In this document: piece after piece, positions 62,143-64,000 of the stretch
Layout of the letters: each line of letters starts with the position of its first letter
Numbering within the stretch: position 1 is the first letter of the stretch
Source: an uncultured Pseudomonadales bacterium
GTDB taxonomy: Bacteria; Patescibacteriota; Microgenomatia; UBA1400; Chazhemtobacteraceae
DNA: 64,000 bases
NCBI GenBank assembly: GCA_964618725.1
Contig: CAZUBK010000004.1
Location: forward strand, 15,485 to 79,484
Direction: 5' to 3'
The notes under the pieces: generated by a model
The model's input: the letters and a program-made list of their open reading frames with translations, nothing else
Database searches by the model: none
Told to the model about the DNA's origin: nothing
Translations under genes and position numbers: made by a program

Positions 62143-62445
62143 TTGTCAGACCAAGAAAACGAAAACAAAAAGGGTAATCAACTACCCGAGGTCGAAATCC
62201 TTACAGGATCGATCGACTACATCCAAAACGAAAGCGATCGCCGTCTTTGTCCCAACTCCCCAATTCGCCTACGCCGTCTTCAACTCAAGCAAGAATATGA
62301 ACAACAACTGAGCAAGCTCCAAGAAGACTGCACCCACCCCCTGGCCTACCAAGTCTGGTCCTCCTGGTCCTTTATGGACCCCGACTACGACTCCGGTGAC
62401 CGCTATTGCCCCGAATGCGGCAAAAGCTACCACATCAATCCCTGA
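62143..62445 (+). CDS. small coiled-coil plus CxH...CxxC protein
   Basis: AGGAGGTG SD, TTG start; LQEDCTH...CPECG; terminator 62462-62485. Confidence 0.7.
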   Translation: MSDQENENKKGNQLPEVEILTGSIDYIQNESDRRLCPNSPIRLRRLQLKQEYEQQLSKLQEDCTHPLAYQVWSSWSFMDPDYDSGDRYCPECGKSYHINP

Positions 62446-62514
62446 AACCCCTTCACAACCAGCCATCCTCCCCGGATGGCTTTTCCTTTCTTCCAATTTG
62501 CTACTATTAGTTCA

Positions 62515-62913
62515 ATGTCCGACACTAAAACTACTCTTCTGGCCTCTCTTCCTCTCCTTTTCATCGTCACCACCCTTATCGCCGCCCTTATCATCCTTCC
62601 CAAAACTGATCTTGATATCCGCGACAAAGCTGCCGAACCAAGAATCAGCTCGCCTTCATCACTACTCCCTACTCCTACTCCCAATTTAGCTCCGGATTAT
62701 CAACTCGAACCAGAAACTGCTTGCACTGCCCTTTACGACCCTGTTTGTGGCATCGACAATCAAACGTACCCAAATGGATGCGAGGCCTTAAAGAAAGGTG
62801 TCAGAATCGCATACAACACAGCCTGCACTTCTCCTTCCAGTTCACGCCCCACCTTTTTCAATCGATCCGCCACTCCTACTCCTACTCTCTCCAATCTCCC
62901 CAGTGCCTATTAA
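62515..62913 (+). CDS. membrane-anchored Kazal-domain protein
   Basis: CTALYDPVCGIDNQTYPNGCEA...C. Confidence 0.85.
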   Translation: MSDTKTTLLASLPLLFIVTTLIAALIILPKTDLDIRDKAAEPRISSPSSLLPTPTPNLAPDYQLEPETACTALYDPVCGIDNQTYPNGCEALKKGVRIAYNTACTSPSSSRPTFFNRSATPTPTLSNLPSAY

Positions 62914-62975
62914 ACGGTTCCCTTTTTACCCCTTGTGTGATACAATTTCCCTACCACGATGGCTTAGGCCTTTGT

Positions 62976-63098
62976 GGAAGCGCGAACCCAAGTGCGATAT
63001 CAAGACGATAACATAGTTATCGGCGTAGATATAACAGGAAGCACAGGCCATTCATTTCAATAATAAATATTATTGAAAGTCTGCCGAGCAAGCTGTTA
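62976..63098 (+). other. structured motif copy B (in rplK leader)
   Basis: Covarying homolog of 31313-31437. Confidence 0.75.
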
Positions 63099-63172
63099 AA
63101 TCATTTTTCTTTTCCTAAATTCTTGGTACGCGCCAACTAAAGATCCATCGGATCTTTCATTTACGTAGACAC

Positions 63173-63598
63173 ATGGCTGCAAAAAAAATCAAAGTCATTC
63201 TCAAACTTAATCTTCAAGCTGGTGCCGCTACTCCAGCCCCTCCCACCGGACCAGCGTTAGGTCAACACGGTGTTCCCATCATGGACTTCGTCAACAAATA
63301 TAACGAAGCCACCAAGGATCTTCGCGGTCAAGTCGTCCCCGCTGTCGTCACTATCTACGAAGACAGATCGTTTACTTTTGTTACCAAACTCGCCCCTGTA
63401 TCAGAGCTAATCAAACAAAAGTTAGGTCTCAAAAAAGGTGCTTCTAACGTCAAAAAAGACGTTGCCGGCACCCTTACTATGGACGCCGTTAAAGAGATTG
63501 CCCAAAGCAAACTCGACGATACCAATGCCTCATCCCTCGACTCAGCCATTAAAATGGTCTTGGGTACCGCTCGCTCAATGGGAATTAGAATTCAATAA
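63173..63598 (+). CDS. rplK: 50S ribosomal protein L11
   Basis: AGAATPAPPTGPALGQHG, GTARSMG. Confidence 0.97.
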   Translation: MAAKKIKVILKLNLQAGAATPAPPTGPALGQHGVPIMDFVNKYNEATKDLRGQVVPAVVTIYEDRSFTFVTKLAPVSELIKQKLGLKKGASNVKKDVAGTLTMDAVKEIAQSKLDDTNASSLDSAIKMVLGTARSMGIRIQ

Positions 63599-63620
63599 TC
63601 AACAAATATAAACAACTCAC

Positions 63621-64000
63621 GTGGGTAAAAAACGCACCGCCACCATTCAAGGAGAAGGAGACAAAAAGAAAAAGGAGATGTTCCGCTGGGAAGAAGCCTA
63701 CAATGACCTCCCCATTCATATCGCCACTTCTCTTCGTGAGGCCCGTGTCAAACCCGACCAACTAAGAAATATGCCCGATGGTGAAGTCCTGGCTATTGAA
63801 GGCGTCCATAGTGGTGACCTTAATGATATCCGAGCCAAGTACTCTCCAGAACTAGCTACTAAGGTCGGTGCCGCTGTTTCAGATCAAACTCAAGAAGTAG
63901 CCTCCACCAAACCAGCTACAACGAATCCAAGATCTAAATATCCACGCCAAATGAGTGGCCGATCTTCCCGCTATAAGGACAAGAAACTTAAAGTAGAGAA
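63621..64000 (+). CDS. rplA: 50S ribosomal protein L1, N-terminal part with extension (runs off window)
   Basis: Open frame from GTG after rplK; RSSRYK resembles L1 start; L1 core lies outside the window. Confidence 0.65.
   Translation, partial: MGKKRTATIQGEGDKKKKEMFRWEEAYNDLPIHIATSLREARVKPDQLRNMPDGEVLAIEGVHSGDLNDIRAKYSPELATKVGAAVSDQTQEVASTKPATTNPRSKYPRQMSGRSSRYKDKKLKVE

Overview
64 kb of chromosome from a small-genome bacterium, most consistent with Patescibacteria/CPR (probably Microgenomates; inferred from gene content and protein style). The + strand is strongly C-rich throughout, with no skew switch. Housekeeping content: thyX, dcd, topA, dprA, a split mreB/mreC/mreD/PBP2 set, def, fmt, rpmB, an ATP synthase operon lacking subunits a and c and headed by gpmI, four tRNAs, rpmG, secE, nusG, rplK and the start of rplA. 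Accessory content: two RelE-type TA pairs, a CRP/two-component-flanked type IV pilus locus, surface lipoproteins, a divergent FtsH-like protease and many small orphan genes. Most notable signals: (1) two expression architectures, with core genes apparently leaderless (a -10 hexamer 6-8 nt before the start codon) and accessory genes built as promoter + boxA-like motif + Shine-Dalgarno + ORF + terminator modules; (2) a ~125-nt structured motif in two covarying copies (after tRNA-Thr and in the rplK leader); (3) a ~330-nt stand-alone structured RNA candidate between PBP2 and dprA and a ~150-nt one near 59.7 kb; (4) REP-like arrays abutting promoters and integration scars at mreC and tRNA-Thr. All calls were made by eye; no database searches or folding programs were run.
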